Positions 52,148 through 63,644 of a stretch of 64,000 bases of DNA are shown here, in pieces. Each line of letters begins with the position of its first letter. Position 1 is the stretch's first letter. The stretch is taken from positions 23,282,447 to 23,346,446 of the forward strand of contig NC_068991.1 of the NCBI RefSeq assembly GCF_001194135.2, in the 5' to 3' direction. Origin of the DNA: Octopus bimaculoides. Lineage: Eukaryota. Below the pieces are notes generated by a model that was given only the letters and a program-made list of their open reading frames with translations, made no database searches and was not told the origin of the DNA. The position numbers were made by a program, and so were the translations under genes.

Positions 52148-52410
52148 TATGAGATGGTATCAAAAAGTTCCTGGACTAGTTATGTTTATTAAAGATAGCT
52201 ATTTTCCTTAGTGCAAACATCATCTCCTTCAAAATAGTCACCTTGTGCAGCAATACACCAGTTCCAGCATTCCTGCTACTTTTGGAAACTAGCCTGGAAG
52301 TCATTTTCCATAAGCGAGTCAAGGATCTTCTGCAATTCACTCTTGAACTCGACAGTGGTATTAAAATGGCAACCTTTGAGCTGCATTTTCATCTTGGGAA
52401 AGAGATGTAA
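52148..52410 (-). mobile_element. Mariner right-end fragment (transposase C-terminus + TIR)
   Basis: PVDLHLFPKMKMQLKGCHF...DFQASFQK*QECWNWCIAAQGDYFEGD; TIR gagatggtatcaaaaagttcctggact next to TA. Confidence 0.8.
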
Positions 52411-52824
52411 GTCCACGGGTGACGTACGTAATGCAAAATGTAGCACTGCGACCTATGTAATGCAGTATTACAATTTCATTAATTTAGCACTATGGAATCA
52501 TTATTATCCTCCTCCTCCTCCTCCTCCTCCTCATCATCATCATCATCATCATTGTCATCAGCTAACAACTGTTTTCATGCTGACGTGAGTTGGACCTTTC
52601 AACAGAAGCTCTATTGACTGTTTCGGCATGGTTTCTATAGCTAGATAGCGGCTGTTTTTTTTATGTGGTACCAGCTTCGGTGAGGTTACCAAGTAAAATT
52701 ACAGGACAAGATTCCTCAACTGAAGGGAGAGTAGTGTAGAAAGATGTGGTTTATGCCAAGGGATAAAAGGTTAGGGCATAATAGAGGACATAAGGCAGTA
52801 GAGGACAATGCTACCTCAGATGGA

Positions 52825-52931
52825 AAGGGAAAAGAGAGAGGGAAGGAGAGAGAGAGGGAAGGAGAGAGAGAGGGAAGGAGAGAGAGAGGGAAGGAGAGAG
52901 AGAGGGAAGGAGAGAGAGAGGGAAGGAGAGA
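52825..52931. repeat. 14-bp purine minisatellite (gagagagggaagga)n running into a gap
   Basis: Direct reading of the sequence. Confidence 0.95.
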
Positions 52932-53732
52932 NNNNNNNNNNNNNNNNNNNNNNNNNNNNNNNNNNNNNNNNNNNNNNNNNNNNNNNNNNNNNNNNNNNNN
53001 NNNNNNNNNNNNNNNNNNNNNNNNNNNNNNNNNNNNNNNNNNNNNNNNNNNNNNNNNNNNNNNNNNNNNNNNNNNNNNNNNNNNNNNNNNNNNNNNNNNN
53101 NNNNNNNNNNNNNNNNNNNNNNNNNNNNNNNNNNNNNNNNNNNNNNNNNNNNNNNNNNNNNNNNNNNNNNNNNNNNNNNNNNNNNNNNNNNNNNNNNNNN
53201 NNNNNNNNNNNNNNNNNNNNNNNNNNNNNNNNNNNNNNNNNNNNNNNNNNNNNNNNNNNNNNNNNNNNNNNNNNNNNNNNNNNNNNNNNNNNNNNNNNNN
53301 NNNNNNNNNNNNNNNNNNNNNNNNNNNNNNNNNNNNNNNNNNNNNNNNNNNNNNNNNNNNNNNNNNNNNNNNNNNNNNNNNNNNNNNNNNNNNNNNNNNN
53401 NNNNNNNNNNNNNNNNNNNNNNNNNNNNNNNNNNNNNNNNNNNNNNNNNNNNNNNNNNNNNNNNNNNNNNNNNNNNNNNNNNNNNNNNNNNNNNNNNNNN
53501 NNNNNNNNNNNNNNNNNNNNNNNNNNNNNNNNNNNNNNNNNNNNNNNNNNNNNNNNNNNNNNNNNNNNNNNNNNNNNNNNNNNNNNNNNNNNNNNNNNNN
53601 NNNNNNNNNNNNNNNNNNNNNNNNNNNNNNNNNNNNNNNNNNNNNNNNNNNNNNNNNNNNNNNNNNNNNNNNNNNNNNNNNNNNNNNNNNNNNNNNNNNN
53701 NNNNNNNNNNNNNNNNNNNNNNNNNNNNNNNN

Positions 53733-54197
53733 TGGGAAGATGAGCTGCCAGGGAGAGACACACATTGGGGAGAAATTGTGAGCAGGTAAGTTCATGAGAA
53801 TTTAAAAGGAGAATGAGAGATAAAGAGGAAGGAGGGAGGGGAGTATGGGTGGAGGGAAGAAAGGGTGTTAGATGAGTCATGGAGTTGAGGGGCATAGACA
53901 TGAATGGCACCTTTAGGGCCTTGTTTTTGCTAAGATGGACAGCGGGACTGGGAAGATGAGCTGCCAGGGAGAGACACACATTGGGGAGAAATTGTGAGCA
54001 GGTAAGTTCATGAGAATTTAAAAGGAGAATGAGAGATAAAGGGGAAGGAGGGAGGGGAGTATGGGTGGAGGGAAGAAAGGGTGTTAGATGAGTCATGGAG
54101 TAGAGGGGCATAGACATGAATGGCACCTTCAGGGCCTTGTTTTTGCTAAGATGGACAGCGGGACTGGGAAGATGAGCTGCCAGGGAGAGAGACACAT
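53733..54197. repeat. 216-bp tandem repeat, at least 2.1 copies, abutting a gap
   Basis: Unit starts tgggaagatgagctgcc at 53733, 53949 and 54165; only a few substitutions. Confidence 0.95.
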
Positions 54198-54392
54198 TGA
54201 GGACATTTTGCCTGTCCTTACGTTCTAAGGGACAAAACAATAAACAAAATAAACAGAATAAACAGAATACTATTTATGTAACGCATGCACTCATGATTTT
54301 TTTAACCGTTTGTAGAAATATTCTTGGAATATTTTTGTACCACTCTGTCTCTTTCCTTTACTTTGCTTCTCTTAATTTCCTTTCTTTCTATT

Positions 54393-54430
<38 letters not shown>

Positions 54431-54596
54431 TCTGAATGTCTTTCTCTGTTACCCTCCTCCCACTATCACATGATCTGTTACCCTCCTCCCACTATCACAT
54501 GATCTGTGAAGGTCTAAGGCAGTGTCATTCTTTATTGCATTTCCTTCGACTGGACTGGTCACAATTTTCTGAGTTCCTCACTTCTCTTAATTTCCT

Positions 54597-54634
<38 letters not shown>

Positions 54635-55410
54635 NNNNNNNNNNNNNNNNNNNNNNNNNNNNNNNNNNNNNNNNNNNNNNNNNNNNNNNNNNNNNNNNNN
54701 NNNNNNNNNNNNNNNNNNNNNNNNNNNNNNNNNNNNNNNNNNNNNNNNNNNNNNNNNNNNNNNNNNNNNNNNNNNNNNNNNNNNNNNNNNNNNNNNNNNN
54801 NNNNNNNNNNNNNNNNNNNNNNNNNNNNNNNNNNNNNNNNNNNNNNNNNNNNNNNNNNNNNNNNNNNNNNNNNNNNNNNNNNNNNNNNNNNNNNNNNNNN
54901 NNNNNNNNNNNNNNNNNNNNNNNNNNNNNNNNNNNNNNNNNNNNNNNNNNNNNNNNNNNNNNNNNNNNNNNNNNNNNNNNNNNNNNNNNNNNNNNNNNNN
55001 NNNNNNNNNNNNNNNNNNNNNNNNNNNNNNNNNNNNNNNNNNNNNNNNNNNNNNNNNNNNNNNNNNNNNNNNNNNNNNNNNNNNNNNNNNNNNNNNNNNN
55101 NNNNNNNNNNNNNNNNNNNNNNNNNNNNNNNNNNNNNNNNNNNNNNNNNNNNNNNNNNNNNNNNNNNNNNNNNNNNNNNNNNNNNNNNNNNNNNNNNNNN
55201 NNNNNNNNNNNNNNNNNNNNNNNNNNNNNNNNNNNNNNNNNNNNNNNNNNNNNNNNNNNNNNNNNNNNNNNNNNNNNNNNNNNNNNNNNNNNNNNNNNNN
55301 NNNNNNNNNNNNNNNNNNNNNNNNNNNNNNNNNNNNNNNNNNNNNNNNNNNNNNNNNNNNNNNNNNNNNNNNNNNNNNNNNNNNNNNNNNNNNNNNNNNN
55401 NNNNNNNNNN

Positions 55411-55472
<62 letters not shown>

Positions 55473-56294
55473 CTGTGTTTATGTATATTTATATACCAAT
55501 GAACTTTTCATTCTTTTGAGACTGATAAAAACCAGTCCAAGGTGATGGATTGACACTATCATTAGTGCATAGAACAAGAGATCTTGCAATACCCAGTCCA
55601 GCTCCTTGAATTCTGAGTTCAAATCCTGTCTAAGCATTCAAATCTCACCAATCAACATCTCATCTCTGATAACTCATCATTCACTAAGAGAATCAATCAA
55701 TTGTGAGCTACAGTACAAGCATCTCTTTGCAATGAAAGCAGCCTCAGCATCATTTCAACACAGTGGCACCATAGATAGAGGGGTTTTGAAAGTCAAGTAC
55801 TGTAACAATGGAACTCTTGTCTTTTTTGCTACACTAATCAAACTCACTAGTGAATTGTCCTAGAGTTTGCAAATCCAGACACATCTCCAACAACAAGGAA
55901 ATATTGCAGCCAACTGTTATGGGTTTTTTTTATGGTTAGACTGTTGTTCAGTGTCAGTGTAGTTTTGTTATAATGCCTAAATAAACTGATATGTCTTTTC
56001 AATATATGCAGAGTAAAGATACAGAAGAAGATAATAATAGTCATATGAGTAACCTATTTATTAGTATTATTTGTCCAAAGTGAATTGTTCTCTTGACATT
56101 TTATAAGAAGACAATAGTCCTAGAAAAAGCATACAAATACATATGCAGAATATATGAGGAAGTATCTAGGAATGTTTATTCATAGGAAAAAACAAATCAT
56201 AGAAGTCAGTAATAAATTTATTATATCTTATTGAAAGCACAATATAATGGTTGTGAATGTAAATTACAATGGACTCACCCAGTCATACCTTTAA

Positions 56295-56498
56295 CCCTTT
56301 AGCATTTAAACTGGCCATATCTGGCTCAAATACTTTACCTGTTTTATATTCACACCAGCCAGATCCAATTTGTCACACCTACCCTACAATGTCATTCTAA
56401 AAATAAACCATCACATCATTGAAATTTCAAAACTATAAGATAAAACAATGTGAATATCTAAACATTACATTTGATAGAGTAATCTGAACGCTAAAGTG
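56295..56498. mobile_element. piggyBac-like MITE
   Basis: TTAA|CCCTTTAGCATTT ... aacgctaaagtg|tt. Confidence 0.55.
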
Positions 56499-57119
56499 TT
56501 GCACAAAATTAAATACTTATGGTCTCATCTAAGTATAATCTTTTAACTTAGTTAAACTAGGTAATCCAAAATGATTGGTGGACTCACCCAGACATACTTT
56601 TAAACAATGTTTGACCAGTGGATTCACCTGAACAAAGTTAAATATGAATCAATGAATCAACTTCTACATCATTGTTCAAATTGCTACCAATAAGAAACAA
56701 ATCTCTCTAAAATCATATCATTCTCTCTTTACAAAGGAAGGACACAGTTTACAATGTAGTCCTAGATACATAACGCCTGTACCCACCATCAGCCCTCCAA
56801 TGAGTTTGTCATGAGTGAAATATCTTTGATTATAGAGCTGCTTAGTCACAGTTTATCTGGAGTTAAAGAAAAACGTCAACAACATTAAACAGAAAAATGC
56901 AAAGTTAATAACTGACTCGCCCAAATATTTTTTTTAATAATGATAAAGACTCACTGAGTATACTTTTAAATACATTTTAGACATGAGAATTCTAAAAGAA
57001 TAGTGAGTCAACATCAATGAATCTCTATAGAACAATAAGCACTATATTGTTCTATAGCTGTTTATTCTGTTGGCTGGCTGGTTGGTTGGTTGGTTGGTTG
57101 GTTGGTTGGGTTTTTTTTT

Positions 57120-57550
57120 CTTCTTACTTGTTTCAGTTATTTGACTGTGGCCATGCTGGATCACTGCCTTGAAGGATTTTAGTCAAACAAATTGACCCCA
57201 GGAATTTTCTTCCCCCCCCCTTAAACTTTGTACTTATTCTTTTAATCTCTTTTGCTGAACTGCTAAGTTATGCAGACATAAACACACCAGCACCAATTGT
57301 CAAGTGGTGGGGTGAGGGTGGGACAAACACAAAGACACATACATAGATATAAACACACATACATGCACGCATGTGTGTGTGTGGTTATACAATGGGCTTC
57401 TTTCAGTTTCTGTCTACTAAATCCATTCATAAGGCTTTTGGTCAGCCCAAGGCTATAGTAGAAGACTCTTGCCCAAGGTGTCACACAGTGGAACTGAAGC
57501 TTGAACCATTGTGGTTGGGAAGAAAGCTTCTTACCACATAGCCACTTCTG
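57120..57550 (-). mobile_element. tRNA-derived SINE family A
   Basis: Reverse complement of the family. Confidence 0.8.
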
Positions 57551-58214
57551 TGCATTTGGTTGAATTCAAACTGAATTCTAGTTACTTGAAGGTGTCTACT
57601 TTGTCAAGTCTTCTCTCTGATGTTGGCTGCTGTATTTTGGTTGTTACTATTAACCAGGATCTTGCTCTTTTCTGGGATGATCTCCATCCCATACAATCCT
57701 GATACTTTTTCCACAATCTTTATCTCTTTCCAGCTCCACTCTAGTCACTTCTTCCCTCTCTCCTCTAATGTGAGTAGCCATGTAGCTCCTCCGCCACTAG
57801 AAACCTTGCTAAAATATATATAGAGAGAGAGAGTGTGTATGACAAATAAAGTAGGGAGGATGATGGTCGATGTGAAATGGTGTTCAATAGTGGAATGGAA
57901 TAGCATTGAGGATATAAAGTGGGTGACATGCAGATGTGGCTCCAAGGATAGGGGAAACCAGTAGCACAAAAGCATGGGGCATGAAATATGTGCATCTCAT
58001 ACAATTATAATTACAGCAGCTGAGATAGTACAGTAATTAGAAAATTCAAGGAATATGGGTGTTGGGAAGATGGATTGTGGGAATGTCTTGAATGCAGGGG
58101 CACAGGCAAAACAATATATATGATTTTAGAACCACATTTTAGTTGGAGTGGATAAGTATTCTTGAGCACAGCAATTGCCAATCATCGCAAATCTTTATCC
58201 TTCCTTTTTATGAG

Positions 58215-58415
58215 GCTCAACATCTGATGCCTCTTATACCCAGATTTCCTCTTAAATCATTTACACTCAGTCATGAATGCACACTGGTATTACCCATCCA
58301 GCAGGGCATACTAGCTTTATTTCTTCCAAACCTTCACACATCCTCTGCAGTCAAAGCCCATGTTTCACTGTCATGTAGCTTAGCTGTACATACACAGGCA
58401 CCATACACACACACA
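58215..58415 (-). mobile_element. RTE LINE C-terminal fragment
   Basis: ACV..A.LH.SETWALTAED; colinear with about 49940-50150. Confidence 0.7.
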
Positions 58416-58806
58416 CACATATACACATATATAATGAAGAAATAAATTAGATAATTATCCCCTTGTACAGCTCCACTAATTAGTGCTCTAATAGAGCCTC
58501 AGGAATATAAAACCAAGAAAGAGAGAACAAATTTCAAAGGTCAGTGTTCATATTAACTCAATATATTCTAAAGCATTGGAATACTCCACACCATACATAG
58601 TTGCATTCATATACACAAGATATAATATAAAAATTTATAAATATATAAATATATAAAAATACATAAATGTACTTCTGAAGTTGTATGTCCGTATTAAAAT
58701 CAATGAGGATATTATAATATGTGGATGGTGAATGTATAGCAGTAATCCAAATAGATGAGAAAGTTGGTATAAAATGATTTCAAAAGGAATCTTGAGCAGG
58801 TGCAAA

Positions 58807-58894
58807 GTCTGACAGCTGTTTCAAGAAGATATAGGTTGGTATTGGTGAGTTAATACCAACCATAACAATCATCTATATTTCTCTCATCAGAGTT
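58807..58894 (-). ncRNA. Hammerhead ribozyme in the Penelope 3' region, long stem II
   Basis: aact CTGATGA gagaaatatag..ggttggtatt-aactcacc-aataccaacctatatcttctt GAAA cagctg TC agac. Palindromic ACAGCTGT; stem I only 2 bp. Confidence 0.7.
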
Positions 58895-61287
58895 AATCTA
58901 CAGGATTTATAAAAGAGATATTTAAATTTCAAAGTTTTAAGCAACATGAGAAATTTAAGAATTTTTAAAAATCAAATGCTGTGTTGGAACATACTGTTCA
59001 GGCAGATGACATAATAAGAGCTAAAATTACATGCTTAAATAAATTATGAAGCTATAGATAATAATGTTTTAAGATGAATCCAAATACATAAAAGGGTACT
59101 AAGTTAAAATTATATTAACTAATTATTTTTGGAAAAAAATTTAAAGTTGATAAATATTTAAGTCTACAAAGAATAAATGACATCTGAGATCTTGTTAAAT
59201 TTTTTTGTCAGCACGGAGTATACAGATTGCCTCTATTGTGCATAATTTTCAGTTTCTGGTGTGTGTATTGTATGGTGTGGTTTCCATTATAATAGATCAA
59301 TTTAGACTAAATTCTTTATTGCACATTTTAAATTTATTAATGTGGGTAGCTAGTGCAGTTGAATTTTCTGTGTATGTGCCCTTTATCTAGTCTTAAAATC
59401 AGTCGTACTTCCTATGTAAATCTTTTTTGATTCACTAAGGGTTGAAACTTCAACTTTATATATGACAAGAAACAGAAATAAATTTATTTCTCAAACGCGT
59501 GATAATACTATAAATAGCGTGATCGGGATAAACTATCCATACATTGCAGAAAAATACGTTACTGGCCAGCCATGCTCCTTAAACAGAATCCCTTTAAGGG
59601 GCATAATTCTCGGTTATGGCAATTACATGTTTTATTTCCATGCTTCGCCTTTATATTTTTAATATCAGGATTCTTGTTATTGTTCTTTATATTAAAGTCA
59701 GCTATATTTTCATCTCTATCAATACTATTATTTCTAAGTTTAAATCTATTATTGGCTGCAATTATAGATCCTAGGTTGGGCATAGTTAAGTATGATAATT
59801 TAAGGCAAGACCTATTAAAGATGGAATGATATTTATGGCCTAATGGGAAATTCCTGTCAATAATCCTAAAAAATAATTTAGGGAGGTTGCTGACTTGGAG
59901 GGAAAGGGAGGGGTGAACCAGATAATTTCTCATTTCCTCATCAAGTTGTTCTTACTCTTCTCAGTATAGTTATTATTATTATTATTAAATGAATTACAGT
60001 ATCTTCTATAATGGTGTCGGTTCTTATGCTCAGTGGAGGGTTGTTCATGGGAGGTGTGTCGATGTTTAATTTCAAAATATTTGGAAAACGTTTAACCTAA
60101 TTTATTTTTAAATATTGTATTCTTAACATAATATATCTTCCTATTGAATCCACTGTCCTTCAATGCTGTGTTATAAAAGGGTGCAAAGTCATGAAAAATT
60201 TTTTCCTTTGCAGATAAGTTAGAGATTCTTATCAACACACCTTTGACTACCCCATTAATAACACTTTGGGGATGATTTGATAAGGCGTGGATATACTTAA
60301 TGGTTTTATTAGGCTTATGGTAAGGGTAAAATAAGCCATTATCTAAATTTAATGTTACATCCAAAATATTAGCACATTTAGTGACATTTTCAAATATAAT
60401 ATCTAAGTTATATGACTTTCAAAATTTTATTAATCTTTTCTTTACCCGATCAGTTGCTTGTGCAGAGGGGCCAGAAATAGCACATAACACATCATCTCTA
60501 TACAAACCTCTGCAAATATTAGGGAATTCTTTAATTTTTGAAAGTAAGAATAGGCTGACAATATCAGTGACCTGGGCAGAATCCAAGCTTCCCATTGTAA
60601 CATCAAAGTCGTTTTGAAGGTCACATTGGGCTCAGGTCCTATTTCTGAAAGATATCAGTGTTTTCCTTGCGGTAAAAATATTTTTCTTTAATGGTGTAAT
60701 ATCAGTAAAATTCTTCGCAAAAGTGATTGCTTTATCAAGCAGGTCTAGCTTAATAGATTGGTAGTAATTACTAATGTCGAATTGCATAAAGTGAGTTTTC
60801 CTCTTATTATTCAATGAGCAGAACCAATGTGCGGACCTTCCAAAGTGGATGGTCCACATTTTTTCAACACAAGGGATAATTCTATCAATTATAGACTCAC
60901 TAATTCTGCCCAAGTCAGATTTGGTTGGGCAAATTAGCCTAACAGTGGGTTTGCTCTTGAAGTTAGCTTTGTGATCTTTAAATGTGAAATGTGGGGTTCT
61001 AGGGGCATAAGGTTCCGTCCTATCTAATAATTTTAGCTCCTTAATTAAGCTGAAGCGTTTCTTATTAATTTCATTCAGTCTGTTATCGGCAAATATTTTA
61101 TATTGAAAGTTCAGTTCCTTCTGAATAAAATTATAAGCATCGATTGGTAGTGAATATAAGTTTCCTGTTATATCAGAATCATGTAGGTTATCAGAATTTT
61201 TTATTTGAGAGATAATATCAGTTAGTTTATTCTGGATGTGGCTTGTGGTTTTCAAGAATTTTAGTTTTTTTACCATGTTAATGAGGT

Positions 61288-61347
61288 CATGAACAACCCC
61301 ACTGAGCATAAGAACTGACACCTTAATAGAAGATATTATAATTCATC

Positions 61348-61387
<40 letters not shown>

Positions 61388-61914
61388 TATATTGGGAAGA
61401 GTAAGAACAACGTGGTGAGGAAACGAGAAATTATCTGGTTCACCCCTCCTTTTTCCCTCCAAGTCAGAAACCTCCCTAAATTATTTTTTAGGATTATTGA
61501 CAGGAATTTCCCATTAGGCCATAAATATCTTTCCATCTTTAATAGGTCCTGCCTTAAATTATCGTACTCAACCATGCCCAACCTAGGATCTATAATTGCA
61601 GCCAATAATAGATTTAAACTTAGAAATAATAGTATTGATAGAGATGACAATATAGCTGACTTAAATATGAAGAACAATAACAAGAATCCTGATATTAAAA
61701 ATATAAAGGCGAAGCATGGAAATAAAATATGTAATTGTCATTACCAAAAATTATGTCCCTTAAAGGGATTCTGTTTAAGGAGAAATGTCATATATAAAGT
61801 TGAGATTTCAACCCTTAGTGAATTAAAAAAGATTTACATAAGAAGTACGACTGATTTTAAGACTAGATATAGGGCACACACAGATTTATTAATCAAGAAA
61901 CAGAAAATTCAACT
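61288..61914 (+). pseudogene. Inverted partial copy of the Penelope linker/GIY-YIG region
   Basis: Open frame poly-N..VRKREIIWFTPPF...CNC..LCPLKGFCL..VIYKV..IYIRSTTDFKTRYRAH. Confidence 0.9.
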
Positions 61915-62027
61915 GGTTCTGGGTTCAGTCCTACTGTGTGACACAGTAGGACTGAACCCAGAACCATGTTGTTGGGAATTTGATTTACAATAAATTTTAT
62001 ATCTAGAAGATTCCTGCATATATACTG

Positions 62028-62117
62028 TGTCTCCAATGACGGAATACCCAGTGTATGAAAATGTGGATCAACACATTGATCCACTACCTGGGATATCCCA
62101 GAAACAGCTGTAAGGCA
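62028..62117 (+). ncRNA. Hammerhead-like motif with mutated core
   Basis: tgtct CCAATGA c ggaatacccag..gtggatcaa-caca-ttgatccac..ctgggatatcc ca GAAA cagctg TA aggca. 5-bp stem I; core positions 4 and 5 deviate. Confidence 0.55.
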
Positions 62118-62547
62118 TCTTATTTAGTTTTACTTTTGCTTACTTCAATTCACCTTTATATTAATTAAAATAATTTAAATGCTCTGATAATCTTGTCCTG
62201 CCTTGGTTTTGTTTTCCTCTTCCTTTAATTTACACCTTCTCACTTGAAAGCAACGGATCCCCAGCTCCAGCCCCCGTTGTGAACTTGGATCCTAGCAGCT
62301 TAGCAATTACAGCAATCACACAGCGTACCTATTAGTTTTGATCATCAGTGGCCTAAACCCTTCCTATTCTGTGCAAGCACACACATATATGTGTGTGTAT
62401 ATATATAAAAAATTAAAATCCAGTGCAAGGAAAATAATCTCCTCTATAGGGATAAAAACATCCAACTTTTCATTGGTTTTGTGGTTTTATACCCAATTTA
62501 GTAGAGAAAAACTTTTCCACAATTCAAATGGGTATATAGTCTATATA

Positions 62548-62949
62548 CAAAAATGAAAAGAAAATGGAGATTTATGATTGATATATTTTGATTTATTAAC
62601 ATAATATTATATTATTATTATAACATAATATAATATAATATTAATATAAATATTATAATCCTACAATTGTTTCAATTCACACCCAATAATAAATTTATAA
62701 AATTCATGTTAATGGGTAAGAATCTCATCAGGGAAATATTTGACAAAAATTACATATAAGGATTTTTGTCAAATGTTTTCCTGATGAGATTCTTACCCAT
62801 AAACATGAATTTTTATAAATTTATTATTGGGTCTAAATTGAAACAATTGTAGAATTATAATATTTATATTATATTATAATAATAATATAATATCATGTTA
62901 ATAAATTAAAATGTGTGAATCGTAAATCTCTATTTTCTTTTCATTTTTG
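62548..62949. mobile_element. Second fold-back MITE-like palindrome, TA-flanked
   Basis: TA|CAAAAATGAAAAGAAAAT...ATTTTCTTTTCATTTTTG|TA; arms of about 195 bp, loop about tacatataagg. Confidence 0.8.
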
Positions 62950-62989
62950 TATGTACACATGTATGTATGTATGTATATAATGCATAGGG

Positions 62990-63378
62990 GTGGAGGCACA
63001 ATGGCCCAGTGGTTAGGGCTGCAGACTCGCGGTCATAGGATCGCGGTTTCAATTCCCAGACTGGGTGTTGTGAGTGTTTATTGAGCGAAAACACCTAAAG
63101 CTCCACGAGACTCCGGCAGGGATGGTGGCAAACCCTGCTGTACTCTTTCACCACAACTTTCTCTCACTCTTTCTTCCTGTTTCTGATGTACCTGTATTTC
63201 AAAGGGCCAGTCTTGTCACACTGTGTCACGTTGAATATCCCCGAGAACTACGTTAAGGGTACACGTGTCTGTGGAGTGCTCAGCCACTTGCACATTAATT
63301 TCATGAGCAGGTTGTTCCGTTGATCGGATCAACTGGAGCCCTCGACGTCATAAGCGACGGAGTGCCAACAACAACAAC
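62990..63378 (+). mobile_element. Full-length SINE family B with (CAA)n tail and 11-bp TSD
   Basis: A box tggcccagtgg, B box ggtttcaattcc; TSD aatgcataggg at 62979-89 and 63379-89. Confidence 0.9.
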
Positions 63379-63644
63379 AATGCATAGGGATAAAGTATCC
63401 AAGTGGGTACCATACAAGCATTTGGTTTTAATCTGGGTTACCGCTAACTGCATCAAGTTGAAAGGAGTAGCTAGGACTACTTAAGGTAAGCAATCCCTCT
63501 GTATTTCATCCAAAAAGTAAGTCCTGTATTTGTTTTGCTGGCTTATAAATATTTTACTAAGGAGTATATCCAAGATGATTTCAATGAATATAGAGATTAG
63601 TATGCAAATGTACTAATTTCAATATTCATTGTAATTATCTTTTA

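Larger units (their letters stand above)
58750..61914 (-). mobile_element. Penelope-like element (RT + Cys linker + GIY-YIG + hammerhead) with an inverted 3' arm at its 5' end
   Basis: RT 61285-60060: FKDHK.NF..KP.VRLI.P.KS.LG.IS, FDISNYY.SI, TMGS.DSAQV.D, GLYRDD, ILDVTL, SNHP. C-terminal region 60049-59190: IIWF.PPF, CNC..LCPLKG.CL, IYKV..YIGSTTDFK.R. Inverted copy at 61288-61914. The outer limit near 58750 is approximate. Confidence 0.9.

Noticed and set aside
53865-53910. gatgagtc...gac..gaa in the 216-bp unit as a possible hammerhead
   Set aside because: CUGA and GAAA are both broken and no stems I/III form.
55550-56050. GC-moderate unique-looking block
   Set aside because: Stops in all inspected frames and no recognisable motif; probably an old TE.
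62775-62810. CTGATGAG inside the fold-back palindrome, and other CTGANGA hits (2206, 16609, 26069, 27527, 42012, 48198, 50968, 62342, 63881)
   Set aside because: No correctly placed GAAA with stem III and NUH; several lie in RT or helicase coding remnants (e.g. YADD).
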